In this document: positions 1 to 10,744 of the stretch, in pieces
Layout of the letters: each line of letters opens with the position of its first letter
Position numbering within the stretch: position 1 is the stretch's first letter
Source of the DNA: Tortispora ganteri
Taxonomy: Eukaryota
Direction: 5' to 3'
DNA length: 64,000 nucleotides
Assembly (NCBI GenBank): GCA_003707115.1
Contig: PPNB01000003.1
Span: 62,001-126,000 of the forward strand
Notes under the pieces: generated by a model
The model's input: only the letters and a program-made list of their open reading frames with translations
What the model was told of the DNA's origin: nothing
Database searches by the model: none
Made by a program: the position numbers and the translations under genes

Positions 1-1091
1 TTATCATTTCGCTAGACCTAGCTCTGGTCGTAGTCGATATCACGACGATGAAGGTTATACGTCAGCTTGACGGACACACTAACCGTATTACGTCATTTGA
101 TATCTCTCCTAATTCTCGGTGGATTGTTAGTGCAGCGCTTGATGGCACTATCAGGACGTGGGATATCCCTACGGGCTTCTGTATTGATGCGTTCAGGGTT
201 CCTAGCGTCGCACGAGCCGTCAGACTCAGTGGAGACGGCCAATGGCTTGTCACTGCACATGTAGGCAACACAGGACTTAGCATGTGGTCTAACAAGGCTT
301 TCTTCCAGCAGGTTCCTATCAGAGAAGTATCCGAGGACGATATACTGCTCATCGAAATGCCCGTGGAAACGGGCACTGGTGGGGGTCTTCTCGATGGCGC
401 ATTTGGTGCGGTTTTTGACGAAGATGACGCGAAATCGAACGGTGTTCAACTTTATTTGTCACCAGAACAGCTCGACAGGGAACTTATATCGTTCACGTCG
501 CTTCCACGAAGCTTTATACGCACTCTTAACCATATAGACACGATCAAAAAGAGGAACAAAGCGAAAGAGGCCATTAAAGAGCCGGCGAAAATGCCGTTCT
601 TTTTAATGAATAGCGGAAACAGTGAGAGTATCGAAACTGAGCAAATTGAAAGCAAAAATAGCAATGATGTTGTTGTTTCTAGACTACAGAAGATGGATAT
701 CAGTGCATCTAATGCATTTATGGACTCAGCTGAGAAAAGTATAACAGGAGGTGAAGGAGAGACATTTTTCCGGTATTGCAAGAGCTTGTCGCCATCGATG
801 ATTGATTTAGAGATTCAAGCGATGAATGGTAATGAGCCATTTGACGACTTTTCGAGATTACTGCAAGTGTTAAACTTGAGACTGAACGAAAGGAAGGATT
901 TTGATATTGTTCAGACTATTTTAAGAGTTTTTATGCGGACGCATGGAGATACAATAGTTTTAGCAGAAAACGAGGCTCTGTTGAAACAAATAAAAGAAAT
1001 TGAAACGAAATTAACCGAGGAAGGTAATCGTTTAACGTCACTAATAGAATTTTCTAATGGTTTGTCTTCATTTTTCCGTTCGACTATCTAA
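1..1091 (+). CDS. UTP21: U3 snoRNP/SSU processome WD40 protein Utp21, C-terminal part (5' truncated by window)
   Basis: Frame is open from position 3. WD repeat GHTNRITSFDISPNSRWIVSAALDGTIRTWDIPTG plus Utp21 C-terminal motifs (HIDTIKKRNK..EPAKMPFFL, LSPSMIDLEI). Confidence 0.92.
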   Translation, partial: IISLDLALVVVDITTMKVIRQLDGHTNRITSFDISPNSRWIVSAALDGTIRTWDIPTGFCIDAFRVPSVARAVRLSGDGQWLVTAHVGNTGLSMWSNKAFFQQVPIREVSEDDILLIEMPVETGTGGGLLDGAFGAVFDEDDAKSNGVQLYLSPEQLDRELISFTSLPRSFIRTLNHIDTIKKRNKAKEAIKEPAKMPFFLMNSGNSESIETEQIESKNSNDVVVSRLQKMDISASNAFMDSAEKSITGGEGETFFRYCKSLSPSMIDLEIQAMNGNEPFDDFSRLLQVLNLRLNERKDFDIVQTILRVFMRTHGDTIVLAENEALLKQIKEIETKLTEEGNRLTSLIEFSNGLSSFFRSTI

Positions 1092-1216
1092 CTTACGATT
1101 TAAATTTATGACATTTAATATTTGCAGTTATATTTTTGTACTATATTTATTCCATATTCGTATCCCCATTAGAACAGCTGTGCTCCGCACATTCGTTTAA
1201 AATTTGAAGTTTTTCC

Positions 1217-1435
1217 TTACAAAGGTTTCTGTGACTCAGACAACATCTGCACAATCGATTGAGACGTAGCAAATTCCGTTCCTATTGCACTGTTTTGAGA
1301 GCTAACAACAGACAATGGAACGCCGTATTTCTCGAGACCGATACTGCGTCTGATTGCAGCGTAAGCATAAACACCGCTGGCTATAGTGAAAAGTGATACT
1401 GCCGCTGTTCGCGTACTTATTGTCGACAGAACCAT
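1217..1435 (-). CDS. Small hypothetical protein (72 aa) with an N-terminal hydrophobic segment
   Basis: ATG-started ORF in an otherwise empty gap. TATATAA at ~1553-1559 and CCAAT at ~1640 lie upstream. No recognised family. Confidence 0.5.
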   Translation of the reverse strand: MVLSTISTRTAAVSLFTIASGVYAYAAIRRSIGLEKYGVPLSVVSSQNSAIGTEFATSQSIVQMLSESQKPL

Positions 1436-2100
1436 ATCGTCAAATTCAGTCGAAAAACTTCAGTTTTCTGTGATAGTTATTTAGTTCCTATTAGCTTGTC
1501 TTCTTCTTAATTAGATGAACAAAAGAAAGAGATGCCCTCCTGGCCTATTACTTATATAATAAGCTAACAAAACCTGTTCCGAACATTACCGTGCCCAAAC
1601 ATTCTTAAACTCTATTAGCCGTTTCCCCAGTATATTTATCCAATCACAACGTATAATTAATGTAATAATTAATGTAATAAAACCTTATCAGACGTCTGGA
1701 TTGAACTCTGTTCTCCCTACCTTCGACAGCTTGACCTCAGTCTACACGCTAGTCACTGTGCTATCTGGGGTATACACAACATTAAATTATGTTTTAATAA
1801 TAATATAAGTGTAAGCACAACTTTTGTGGTACCAGCAATACTCTGTAAGACCTTCTGGTCACTGAAATAGCCTCTTTCCCCGGATACTTCCGTGGTTGTC
1901 AGGCAGTCCAAATCACCCCACGATTTTCCTAGCTAAAGGCCGAAACAAGGCCGCCGATCGACAGACGCTGGAAAACTCAAACAAGGGTGCTTTTGTTAAA
2001 TTGTTGCAAATTAAAGTGCAGTTCAAGATTTTATTAAGTAAGAACGTGTTTGGCATAATGACACTTACTACGACAACATCTTAAACCGATAATATTTCTA

Positions 2101-2108
2101 TTACCCGG
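2101..2108 (+). promoter_or_regulatory. Reb1-type site TTACCCGG
   Basis: Exact yeast Reb1 consensus upstream of MMS22. The same motif occurs at 44464. Confidence 0.55.
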
Positions 2109-2245
2109 CCTTCACGCTGCGGTCGTGATGCGTGCCGTCGGCGCGTACATCCCCCCGTCACCTAGCAACACCCTTCACGCTTCACGCTTTCTTCTGCACC
2201 TACACCTGCATCAGATCACAAATATAGACGATCAATGGTCCTTCT

Positions 2246-5200
2246 ATGCCGCTAGAATACGGTTACATCACAGACACAGAAGACGAGTCTTTTGAGGCGC
2301 TTCTACCTCATGTCTCTGACTCTGAAGAAGGCTCCGATATCTTCTGGTCGCCCGACAATCACCACATGCACACTCATAGACAGCAAACTGTTAGTTTTAA
2401 TGATTTCCCTCATATAGCGAGCAGTATTCCGCGTCATGATGCGCCTGTGGAAGAAATACATCAGCAGCCAGAAAAACCACCGCCATCTCCACAACAGGCC
2501 CGTAGAAGTCTCAGACCGCGCACAGCAATGCAAATAAATCCGTACCAGTATGAGCAGCGGTTGTACGAGGCACAATGCCGACTTCGCGGGATCAAACCAG
2601 TGCGCCTTCCACGTTCCGTATTGATTGAAGCAGCACGTGACCCGGACGACCTGGACAAACGCGAAACTCAACATCCTTTGTCTCCAGACGGTTTACCCTC
2701 ATCTCCGGCTGTTCAAAACACGCACGTTAAACGACTACATAGCCGGTCTTCAACACTTGAAGAGCTCAATAAACAGGCCTTTAATTTATCAAAAAAACGA
2801 TCCCGAAAGAAATGGCGTATCATTGTCGAAGACGATCCGGAATCGCAGTCTGGACCGTCTCAGGACTCGCAATCACAACCACTACCACCATCACAACATT
2901 CGCAATCTATGCTTATGGAGATCCCCGAGGCATCAGACCACGACAGTGACGAGGAGGCAGAACGGTTAAAGGAACTTGCGCGATACCGTCGCAAGCTCAA
3001 AGGCATCCTGCCGCCCTCTTTTCTAACGCTTGACAAACTCAAGAAGTCTACTAAGAAGTCTCCCACCACCAAACACGCTGCACGGCCTAAACCTGCGCAA
3101 TCACGCCATAGACGCAACAAAAGCAGTGACGGCGACCAGCCTGAGACCATTCTGCACGGATTTGGACCGCATGACGAGGTATTCTCTCCGATCTCCACAA
3201 CAGCGCAAGCCCACAACTCGTCAGACGAGAGTGCTGACTCTGGAAAAGAAGATCAGGAGCGCCCTGTCTCTAGCCATATACTAACACCGCCAATAAGCGA
3301 TATTAGTGATGACGAAGTATACGAAAAAGACTCGATAGACTATATGCTGCAGCCACGGGTTACCACAAAACGCGTTCGACGCACCCGGTCTCGCATACAC
3401 AGAAATACTGCTCAGCATTCAGAGCGGTTTGCTCACCATACCCGCACTCGTAAACCTTTAGCTAGCAGGTCGGAGCCGAATGCTGTGTCGCCAATTGCTA
3501 AATCTCGCGTCTCGCATGCAGGGAGCAAATATACGAAAAGAAAAAACAGCCCAAGATTGTCGATTGTGGGTGCTCTCCGTCAAGAGGGCAGCAGACCGAG
3601 AAAAGAGCTGCCCGCGTTCCTTAAAATTGCAGATAGAACTGCCAGAGACTTAGGAATGACCGATCTATACCTTCCGAACTCTCAGTCGCTGATCTTGTTG
3701 TCGGACGATGAGGCTGAACTGCATCGGCCTACTGGTACTAATACACCTTCAGAAGCGCTTCAGGTTGCAAAGGCTCTCAGTACTGAAACTCGGCGGAGAT
3801 TGGACCCTAAAGCAGCGACAATGGGCATTCCACGGCACACATATGCCTACGTTGCCGATCCTCGCGACAAACCAGTCAAACTCAAAAGTCAAGAGAAGCA
3901 GAAACCTAAACAAAAGCCCAAAAGATCGAAGGGCGTCTATCTGACGCAACGCCTGATCATTCATGACGAGATGTTCCCTGCGGATCTCGAGGAGCTGGCG
4001 GGTGATTATGCTTACAAGATCTATCGGTACGGTCCTCCCGCTAAACCTATAGTACATAGTCTCACTCAGACTGTGGTTAAACCTACGACTGCTGCGCCAA
4101 AACATACCGTGTATGCGCCGCTCACTAGCACTCCTGTCTCTTCTCAAGACATTCCCAAATACTACGAGGATAAAGTGCCATCTCATAAGCCTGTTACTAA
4201 ACGAAAACAGCATGAGTTCCCAAAACAGTTTCAGCATGTGCGCAAACCTGATAGCGCTAAATACAATACAGAGAATTCTTATAATGCGCACATCTTCTTT
4301 AAAGGAAAGTACAGCGACACAGAAAATTTTGGTCAATACCCGCTTAGTAAATGTCCATTGTTGAGCCTGGACGGTCTGTTAAGCAACTCCGATACTAGAG
4401 ATTTCCTGCTTAACAAGGATGCTTTCGGACCACTAGCACATAGTGACTTTGTTGAACAGGGACGTGAAAGTATTGGCTATATGTCATTGAGCTGCAAATG
4501 CAACGAAATAACTTTGCAGCTAGAAAGAAGACTGGACCACTTAACAGAAGTTCCCCGCCATACATGCGAAGTATCTATTTCTTACTGTGTTGAAATTACT
4601 TCAGGTCTTCTGAGTATTGATATCGAGAATAGAGATGGCCTTGAAGAGTTTACTCAAAGTGTAAACGAGCTGAGCGTATTGCTGAGTGAGTTCCTACAAT
4701 CGCATAAAGACTCTGACCGCAAAATAGACCTGGATGACACTGCATTGTTTATATGCTTTCAACTTTCAGCGTGTTTACTGTGGTTTTTGGTGGTATATTT
4801 GCGATATGAGCAAGAATCAGTACTAGCAATTATTGACCGGGACTTGAACATTCTTCTTGAGACTTTGACGATGAAGTCTGTGGATTTGCTTGCTAAAGAG
4901 TTCAAACAATCTAAGAAACTGAACTCACCACTGTCATTTCACGCTTCTCTGGCTTTTGAGAGCTGGCTTATTATCATAAACGTGTGCGACCAGCTCTGTG
5001 GGCTAGTTTCAGGTTGTCTACCATTCTGGGATCATTTCAACGCGGCTTTGCCTATGATCAATCTGCCTACAAACAATCTTACAGCTGAGATGTTTGATTC
5101 TACATGGAAAGCGCTACTTGTAGTGTCTTCTGTAGCATCATGCACTTCCGACGCAATTATCTCGCGGACCGAGCTGAGCAACTGGACCTTAGTCGATTTC

Positions 5201-8074
5201 ATAATGAAACATATTATAGGTGTGGCCAGCAAGACATTCGAAAGCGCTAAACTTAGCAGATACTTATGCACAAATCTTGGACGATGTCTGAACTTGCTAA
5301 ATGTCTGGAAATGGCCTGTAAATAAGTTGCTTGTCGTATCCTTGTACAAGTTTTTTGCAGCGCGTGGATTCGAGGACATTGAGGAAACAGCAAAAAGACG
5401 TTTGCCTGAGTTTTTATTTCATAATAGAAGCAATGCTGAATCTCTCTGTACAATGCTACCAGATGATACGTGCTTTCATGTTTACCTGAAGCTAGCAGCC
5501 GTTTCTATATTGCGTCTTAACCCTATCACAGAACGCGGGATATTGACTAGCATTGTGGGTTTAATCACTCCTCTGCATGGAAGACTATACAAGATGACGA
5601 ACGAAATGGAGGTTGTTGATGTCGAATGTCTCTGCAATACTTATTCGCTTCTGTTGACATTGTTCTGGTCTGCTCCGCAGAAATATAGGCCATCTGTGGG
5701 GCAACTACGAGACGTTATTGTCTTCCCGGATGCACATGCTATTGCCAGATCCTTCGCTATCAAGGCGTGGCTATGTGTAGCCAAAATACTAAGTACTGAC
5801 GCAAAAGAGATTCAAAAAACAGTCCCCTGGTACAATCTTATGGCCAACTCTCTGATTTCTGACTATCAACAGCTCAACACTCCTGTTGCTCTTCCTGCGC
5901 ATGACCGCAATGTGCGTGTATTGGGCAAACTTATCTTGGACTGTCTGAAGAACAAGACTTTAATAATCGAGAACCTCGATATTTTGTTTCCCGAGAACGG
6001 CATAGCCCTTGTTGAAGATACGCTACTGCGTTTCTGTCTGAACCAGTCGCAGCAGATATCGACCAAGATATCTCAGCAGTGTCTGGATTTTATTCGCGTC
6101 TACGCGGCGTTTTGCGACTCTGTAGCTACAATGGACCTCGATTTAAAAGTGAACTTGGTCGATTTTACGCAGGACAGCTTTGATGACGAGAAGTTTGTGC
6201 ACGACCTTATCCTTGGGGACCTGGAAAAATGGCATAAAGGCAGACTTCAAGATCTTTCAACCCAAAACATAGGTCTTGTTGCGTGTCTCTGTAAGTTTAT
6301 TGAGACTGCACTAGCTGATAACGGCATATTACCTATGTTTGTTGTTGATGCCATTTCTAGTTGCGCTAGTTTAGTTGCGTTTTCAGTAAAACACAGCGAG
6401 ACAGTTTTGAGCCCGTACATAGATGACAGACGGTTTTGGCATTCTATTACTTTTTCCGCCCACAAAATTCGATACGAGTCGTTGTGGATGGAGAAGTTCA
6501 TAGCAATTGACTCCGTTACTACTAAATGGGATGAGAGTTTCTTCGACTCTTATTTCTATACTTGCATCTCTTACTATTCTCTTGAAGATGTGCGAGGATA
6601 TATTAATGCGTGGCTCGATTTCAAGGCAAAATCTGATACTCGCTGGTCAAACATTTTTGCCCAGATTGTTTCATCCACTTCAGAGAACAACAAGTCTGCT
6701 ATTGGCTCTAAAGAGCTCAATTCGCTGAGGAGCATTCTTGTATTCAAAATTACTCTAGAATTTGCTGAAATTTCTAAAGAAAGCAGCACAGCTAAAGCCT
6801 TTCTCAATAGGTACATAGCAAGCATGATAATGACCATAAACTTAACCCGCAGTTTTTTCAAGAAGGAAGCCAACGAGATAAACTGTGATACTATATCAAG
6901 GTACAATAATTCAGTGCACGATATGGTCCTTGGTGTCGCACGTGCTGCAGGCGGACTACTTGACTCTCCGATAATGGACAAGTTACTTGACTTAACGCCG
7001 AGTACTAAAGATCAGGCATCATTCTTTTACAGACTCAGAAACTATTCAAACAAAGACCTTTCTCAACGCTCAAACAGAGAAATGGTTGCGTCCTACTTCC
7101 ACGCCTTGTTGGAATCATCTCTTAGCCAGGGAACCAGCGCTAAAGTATTCACACTTCTCCCTGAAAGCCTTATAAAGCTGGATATGCTTTGTCTTGGGGA
7201 ATGCTCTCAACTTTCAAATTTCATATTCAGTACGCTATTTGTCGCCTATTTCATCATATCGCGCGATTCAACTGTTTCATTAATTTACCTACCTACCTTA
7301 TGCGAAATTGCTTGCCGATATCTCGCACTCACTCCAAATATTCCTATGTGTCTGATTAACATGCTCTATTTTTCCTACAGACACACTATGTTGTCAAGAG
7401 CTACTGCCACTTCTTTGAGAAGCACAGAGTTGCAGGTAATTGGTGCTGTTCAACGATTCTCCAATTGTATGCTCGAGTCATTACACACGAAAGAGATATC
7501 AGCTCATTGTGCTAAACTTATTTCTTTGTTGGCGTCCGATATATTTGTTTACTCGTGCAGAGTTGTCGACGTGAAAGTCAATGGCACTCATCTCGTGCTC
7601 TCTTGGTTATACGAAAACGCCGATGTTCATTTAACTTCTATCTCGTCCAACTTCGAATCTAGTAACGTTCCAGCCCAGTTTTCTGCGTTTCTAGAACAAC
7701 GGTGTTCTTACAGGCTTCTGTCTGATACTGTAGGTGACCAATGGGGAATGCTTTTGCAAGGATCTGAAGGATACATGAATGACAATTTATTGAAAATAAA
7801 TGAGAGATCTGCGTTGTACTTTACAGTCGAATCCTGCTTTCAAGCTATTTTGCAGCTGACAGCATACAGATTACTCGAAATTCCAATCCCTCACAAGCTG
7901 CTTTTATCGTTTAAGAAATTTCAGTCAGCGTTAGAAGACAATCGCTTCCAATCTCAGAAATATGCTGCTGACTCTAAAATTCTTTTTAATAACCTTATAG
8001 AGTGCATTTTGGTACAAAATGGCGCAATAACGCATTCTTCTCGTTTGCAGGCACTCCTTGACAATGATTTTTAA
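2246..8074 (+). CDS. MMS22: Mms22/Mus7 replication-fork repair, cullin-ligase adaptor protein
   Basis: 1942-aa ORF. N-terminal RSLRPRTAMQINPY..GIKPVR, KLKGILPPSFL and DSIDYML motifs, plus a helical Mus7 domain (LYKFFAARG..LP.FL, DTCFHVYLKL). Confidence 0.85.
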   Translation: MPLEYGYITDTEDESFEALLPHVSDSEEGSDIFWSPDNHHMHTHRQQTVSFNDFPHIASSIPRHDAPVEEIHQQPEKPPPSPQQARRSLRPRTAMQINPYQYEQRLYEAQCRLRGIKPVRLPRSVLIEAARDPDDLDKRETQHPLSPDGLPSSPAVQNTHVKRLHSRSSTLEELNKQAFNLSKKRSRKKWRIIVEDDPESQSGPSQDSQSQPLPPSQHSQSMLMEIPEASDHDSDEEAERLKELARYRRKLKGILPPSFLTLDKLKKSTKKSPTTKHAARPKPAQSRHRRNKSSDGDQPETILHGFGPHDEVFSPISTTAQAHNSSDESADSGKEDQERPVSSHILTPPISDISDDEVYEKDSIDYMLQPRVTTKRVRRTRSRIHRNTAQHSERFAHHTRTRKPLASRSEPNAVSPIAKSRVSHAGSKYTKRKNSPRLSIVGALRQEGSRPRKELPAFLKIADRTARDLGMTDLYLPNSQSLILLSDDEAELHRPTGTNTPSEALQVAKALSTETRRRLDPKAATMGIPRHTYAYVADPRDKPVKLKSQEKQKPKQKPKRSKGVYLTQRLIIHDEMFPADLEELAGDYAYKIYRYGPPAKPIVHSLTQTVVKPTTAAPKHTVYAPLTSTPVSSQDIPKYYEDKVPSHKPVTKRKQHEFPKQFQHVRKPDSAKYNTENSYNAHIFFKGKYSDTENFGQYPLSKCPLLSLDGLLSNSDTRDFLLNKDAFGPLAHSDFVEQGRESIGYMSLSCKCNEITLQLERRLDHLTEVPRHTCEVSISYCVEITSGLLSIDIENRDGLEEFTQSVNELSVLLSEFLQSHKDSDRKIDLDDTALFICFQLSACLLWFLVVYLRYEQESVLAIIDRDLNILLETLTMKSVDLLAKEFKQSKKLNSPLSFHASLAFESWLIIINVCDQLCGLVSGCLPFWDHFNAALPMINLPTNNLTAEMFDSTWKALLVVSSVASCTSDAIISRTELSNWTLVDFIMKHIIGVASKTFESAKLSRYLCTNLGRCLNLLNVWKWPVNKLLVVSLYKFFAARGFEDIEETAKRRLPEFLFHNRSNAESLCTMLPDDTCFHVYLKLAAVSILRLNPITERGILTSIVGLITPLHGRLYKMTNEMEVVDVECLCNTYSLLLTLFWSAPQKYRPSVGQLRDVIVFPDAHAIARSFAIKAWLCVAKILSTDAKEIQKTVPWYNLMANSLISDYQQLNTPVALPAHDRNVRVLGKLILDCLKNKTLIIENLDILFPENGIALVEDTLLRFCLNQSQQISTKISQQCLDFIRVYAAFCDSVATMDLDLKVNLVDFTQDSFDDEKFVHDLILGDLEKWHKGRLQDLSTQNIGLVACLCKFIETALADNGILPMFVVDAISSCASLVAFSVKHSETVLSPYIDDRRFWHSITFSAHKIRYESLWMEKFIAIDSVTTKWDESFFDSYFYTCISYYSLEDVRGYINAWLDFKAKSDTRWSNIFAQIVSSTSENNKSAIGSKELNSLRSILVFKITLEFAEISKESSTAKAFLNRYIASMIMTINLTRSFFKKEANEINCDTISRYNNSVHDMVLGVARAAGGLLDSPIMDKLLDLTPSTKDQASFFYRLRNYSNKDLSQRSNREMVASYFHALLESSLSQGTSAKVFTLLPESLIKLDMLCLGECSQLSNFIFSTLFVAYFIISRDSTVSLIYLPTLCEIACRYLALTPNIPMCLINMLYFSYRHTMLSRATATSLRSTELQVIGAVQRFSNCMLESLHTKEISAHCAKLISLLASDIFVYSCRVVDVKVNGTHLVLSWLYENADVHLTSISSNFESSNVPAQFSAFLEQRCSYRLLSDTVGDQWGMLLQGSEGYMNDNLLKINERSALYFTVESCFQAILQLTAYRLLEIPIPHKLLLSFKKFQSALEDNRFQSQKYAADSKILFNNLIECILVQNGAITHSSRLQALLDNDF

Positions 8075-8107
8075 TGACTATATCAAAATATATAAATATG
8101 CATGTGT

Positions 8108-10573
8108 TTATGATGCTAGCTGTGCAGAATGATCTAATGTAGCTGAGTTCAAATTTGAAAGATCGTAATCTCTATGCAACAATACTCTCAGTCCAGAATT
8201 TATATTCTCAATAACACGCTGTTTACTGTCGGTTGACCTTGCAGTTGTAATTGAACAAGCTAGATGCAATAAACCTCTGGCTGTTTTCACTGAAATGGAA
8301 GAATTTCCGTCACCTAGTTGTATTGTTTTTCCATGCTCCTGGCCCGCGTTGCTCAATATTGATTCAAGTCGCACACTGAATGGAATCACCATGATATCTC
8401 TAAACCATAGCAAGGTTAGTCTCCGTAAATCTAGCGGTTCTGTAGATACTAGCCATGTCTCTGCCGATTTGCTCCACATTTCTATTAATGTGGTATTTGG
8501 AGAAATACCTGGTGTGCTAAATCCAGAAAATAGGTTCTGTAGAGGTTCAAATATAGCCAGCCAAAACGATAAGACGCGGTTAAAAAAATGCAACCATAAT
8601 TGCACAATTCTTTTTACAAGACTATGGTCGTCTAGTTCAAGAATTTTTATCGGATCCTGTCCGTTCAAAAACGCGTTGCCGTTCGTGATCCCCACATAAA
8701 ACGTATCGTAGACTTTCTTCAGTATTATTTTAGCTTCTTTTATGCCCTTGGCTGTAGATGTGCTAGGTGCTTTCTGCAAAGCCCTGATCAACAAGGCATT
8801 TAGATCTTCCATGGGAGTAGGAAGTCTTGATCCACCAAATGGGCCATTGAATAGAGGAAGAGTTCTAGCAGTAAAAATGCTCCAGGCATCGTCGGCGCTA
8901 ATGTAAAACTTATCCTTAGTCGGCGTAGCATTAACTTGATTGGCACCTAGTGCTTTCGCAGAGAAAATTTCGTCCGTCAAAGCGGAGACAGCAGTAGAGT
9001 CATTAGCAGAGACAGAGCCTTGTGCCGGTATGGGCTTAAAAGAGTCAGGAAAAGATGGGGATGTGGCAGACACTGGCGAAGATACCATATCCAATATTGA
9101 TCCACTCTTGTGCATTCCTGAATGTGCGGGGTTAAAAGAGTACAGTGATCCCACCTCGGACGAGACACGTGAGTTAGAGCTATGCGATGAGAGAATAGCC
9201 TGGGGGTCCTTTTTGGACCGTCTGAAATGCGATATCAATGTATCCTTTTCCTTCTCTTTATCCTTGTCCTTTCCCGGTAAAGAGGTGATAGTCTGTGGCG
9301 AGGGAATATCGAGGGAACGCCGTGCAGATGTAGATGAGGGAATAGAAACAGCGAGCTGATCCGGTATCTTGCCTGGAAGTATGCTTACATCTGCGGCAAA
9401 ACGGTTCAAGGATGAGTTACTGCTCCGGTGGCCAATAAACCTAGGACCCTGCTTTCTGTATTCATCTGGCCGCGACAGGCTGCTGCGGGAGCTGCTAATA
9501 CTTGAAGCAGATTTTGGCAATGAAAGGTCGGCAGTGTTGTCTAGAGAAGTCAGAGGATTGGTACTAGATGTATCGCCAACACTTGTATTAGTGTCGTCAT
9601 TATCAGACTCTGATGAGTCTGTATCCTGGTATCTATTGATGGAAGGGGTTGTGAGAGTGGTTCTCGTGATTTCGGGGGATATTGTGCTTTTGATGGAGCT
9701 AGACCGCGAAAGTCTCGGCGAAGATCTGTTTTTGCTGGCCGAGAAAGAAAAGGATTTGATCGAAAGTTTTGCCTGCTTGCTAAGCTTTGAGAGAGAAGAT
9801 CTACTCTTCTTTGAGGGTTCGCCACTTCCTTGGCGTGGAAGAATAGCAGCTGCCGCTGCTGTGGTTGCGGCGGCCATAGAGGCCTCGGTTGAGTGGGTAT
9901 TCCGGGACTTCTCCTGCTTCTGGAGAGTCTGGAAAGAGGGCATTTTCGCCGATATGGAATGTAGATGGGCATTATTGTGGTTGTTCAGTGTATTCTGCAT
10001 TTGCATGCTAGTAGCGGGCACCTGAGCAGGCTGCGGTTTTGGCTGAGAATTTCTTGGAGAGGCGGATCGAGTCGACGCAGAGGAGTTTCGGGACATTTCA
10101 TCGCCGTTGCGAGTCGATGTGAGCTTGAAAGTAGGTAAAGACTTGCGGTGAACCATAATCTGGTCACCTGCAGCTGCAGCTGCAGCTGCAGGTGCGGTCT
10201 TGGCGGCGGCAGTAGCAGCTGCTGCGGACTTCTCCTGGGTGTCGGTAACGTAAACGCTAGATCTGACCTGTTTGCGCTGAACTGGGCCGCGCGTCTGCGG
10301 TGGCAAGCCGAGCAATGAGGCCGGAGTCGGTGAGCTACTTGAGTTTGCAATGGATACGCGCTTGACGGCAGCAGCGGCGGCGATCTCCGAGGCAGAAGAA
10401 GTGGCTGCGGCGGTGCTGGAGCTTGATACGGCGTCAGAGCAGGGGATCTTTGCGGAGGCGTCGAATGCGGAAACAGATGAGTCCATAGTAGATCGTGCCG
10501 AGTACAAAGATGCACTATCCTTCTTCAACGGTCTACGCGAGGCGGCCTGCACCTCGTCATGCCTACTGGCCAT
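8108..10573 (-). CDS. HbrB-domain TORC2-associated protein (Bit61-like)
   Basis: Ser-rich N-terminus and C-terminal HbrB domain (DDAWSIFTARTLPLFNG..LPTPMEDLN, LWLHFF, LDLRRLTLLWFRDIMVIP). First ATG is at 10573. Confidence 0.75.
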   Translation of the reverse strand: MASRHDEVQAASRRPLKKDSASLYSARSTMDSSVSAFDASAKIPCSDAVSSSSTAAATSSASEIAAAAAVKRVSIANSSSSPTPASLLGLPPQTRGPVQRKQVRSSVYVTDTQEKSAAAATAAAKTAPAAAAAAAGDQIMVHRKSLPTFKLTSTRNGDEMSRNSSASTRSASPRNSQPKPQPAQVPATSMQMQNTLNNHNNAHLHSISAKMPSFQTLQKQEKSRNTHSTEASMAAATTAAAAAILPRQGSGEPSKKSRSSLSKLSKQAKLSIKSFSFSASKNRSSPRLSRSSSIKSTISPEITRTTLTTPSINRYQDTDSSESDNDDTNTSVGDTSSTNPLTSLDNTADLSLPKSASSISSSRSSLSRPDEYRKQGPRFIGHRSSNSSLNRFAADVSILPGKIPDQLAVSIPSSTSARRSLDIPSPQTITSLPGKDKDKEKEKDTLISHFRRSKKDPQAILSSHSSNSRVSSEVGSLYSFNPAHSGMHKSGSILDMVSSPVSATSPSFPDSFKPIPAQGSVSANDSTAVSALTDEIFSAKALGANQVNATPTKDKFYISADDAWSIFTARTLPLFNGPFGGSRLPTPMEDLNALLIRALQKAPSTSTAKGIKEAKIILKKVYDTFYVGITNGNAFLNGQDPIKILELDDHSLVKRIVQLWLHFFNRVLSFWLAIFEPLQNLFSGFSTPGISPNTTLIEMWSKSAETWLVSTEPLDLRRLTLLWFRDIMVIPFSVRLESILSNAGQEHGKTIQLGDGNSSISVKTARGLLHLACSITTARSTDSKQRVIENINSGLRVLLHRDYDLSNLNSATLDHSAQLAS

Positions 10574-10744
10574 GGTGTAGAAGATATACAAGCAGTACTT
10601 GGTGATGAAGGTGGTGGGAGAGAGAGAAGACGTTGGGTGTTGGGAGTGGGGGAAAGATTTAATGGGGTGAGAAAAAAGTGTGCATCATAGTGCGAATCAA
10701 TGCGGATGTAATTTATATAAAGTGCTGTAGAGTGTCGTTAAATT

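Noticed and set aside
1861..1952. Hammerhead-like CTGA...GAAA
   Set aside because: The CTGANGA core and the required stems are absent.
8295..10580. Long antisense or alternate-frame ORFs over BIT61-like, PEP4, RPT3, SWI1, GPI16 and others
   Set aside because: They are shadows of real CDSs caused by codon bias or low-complexity repeats, with no independent motifs.
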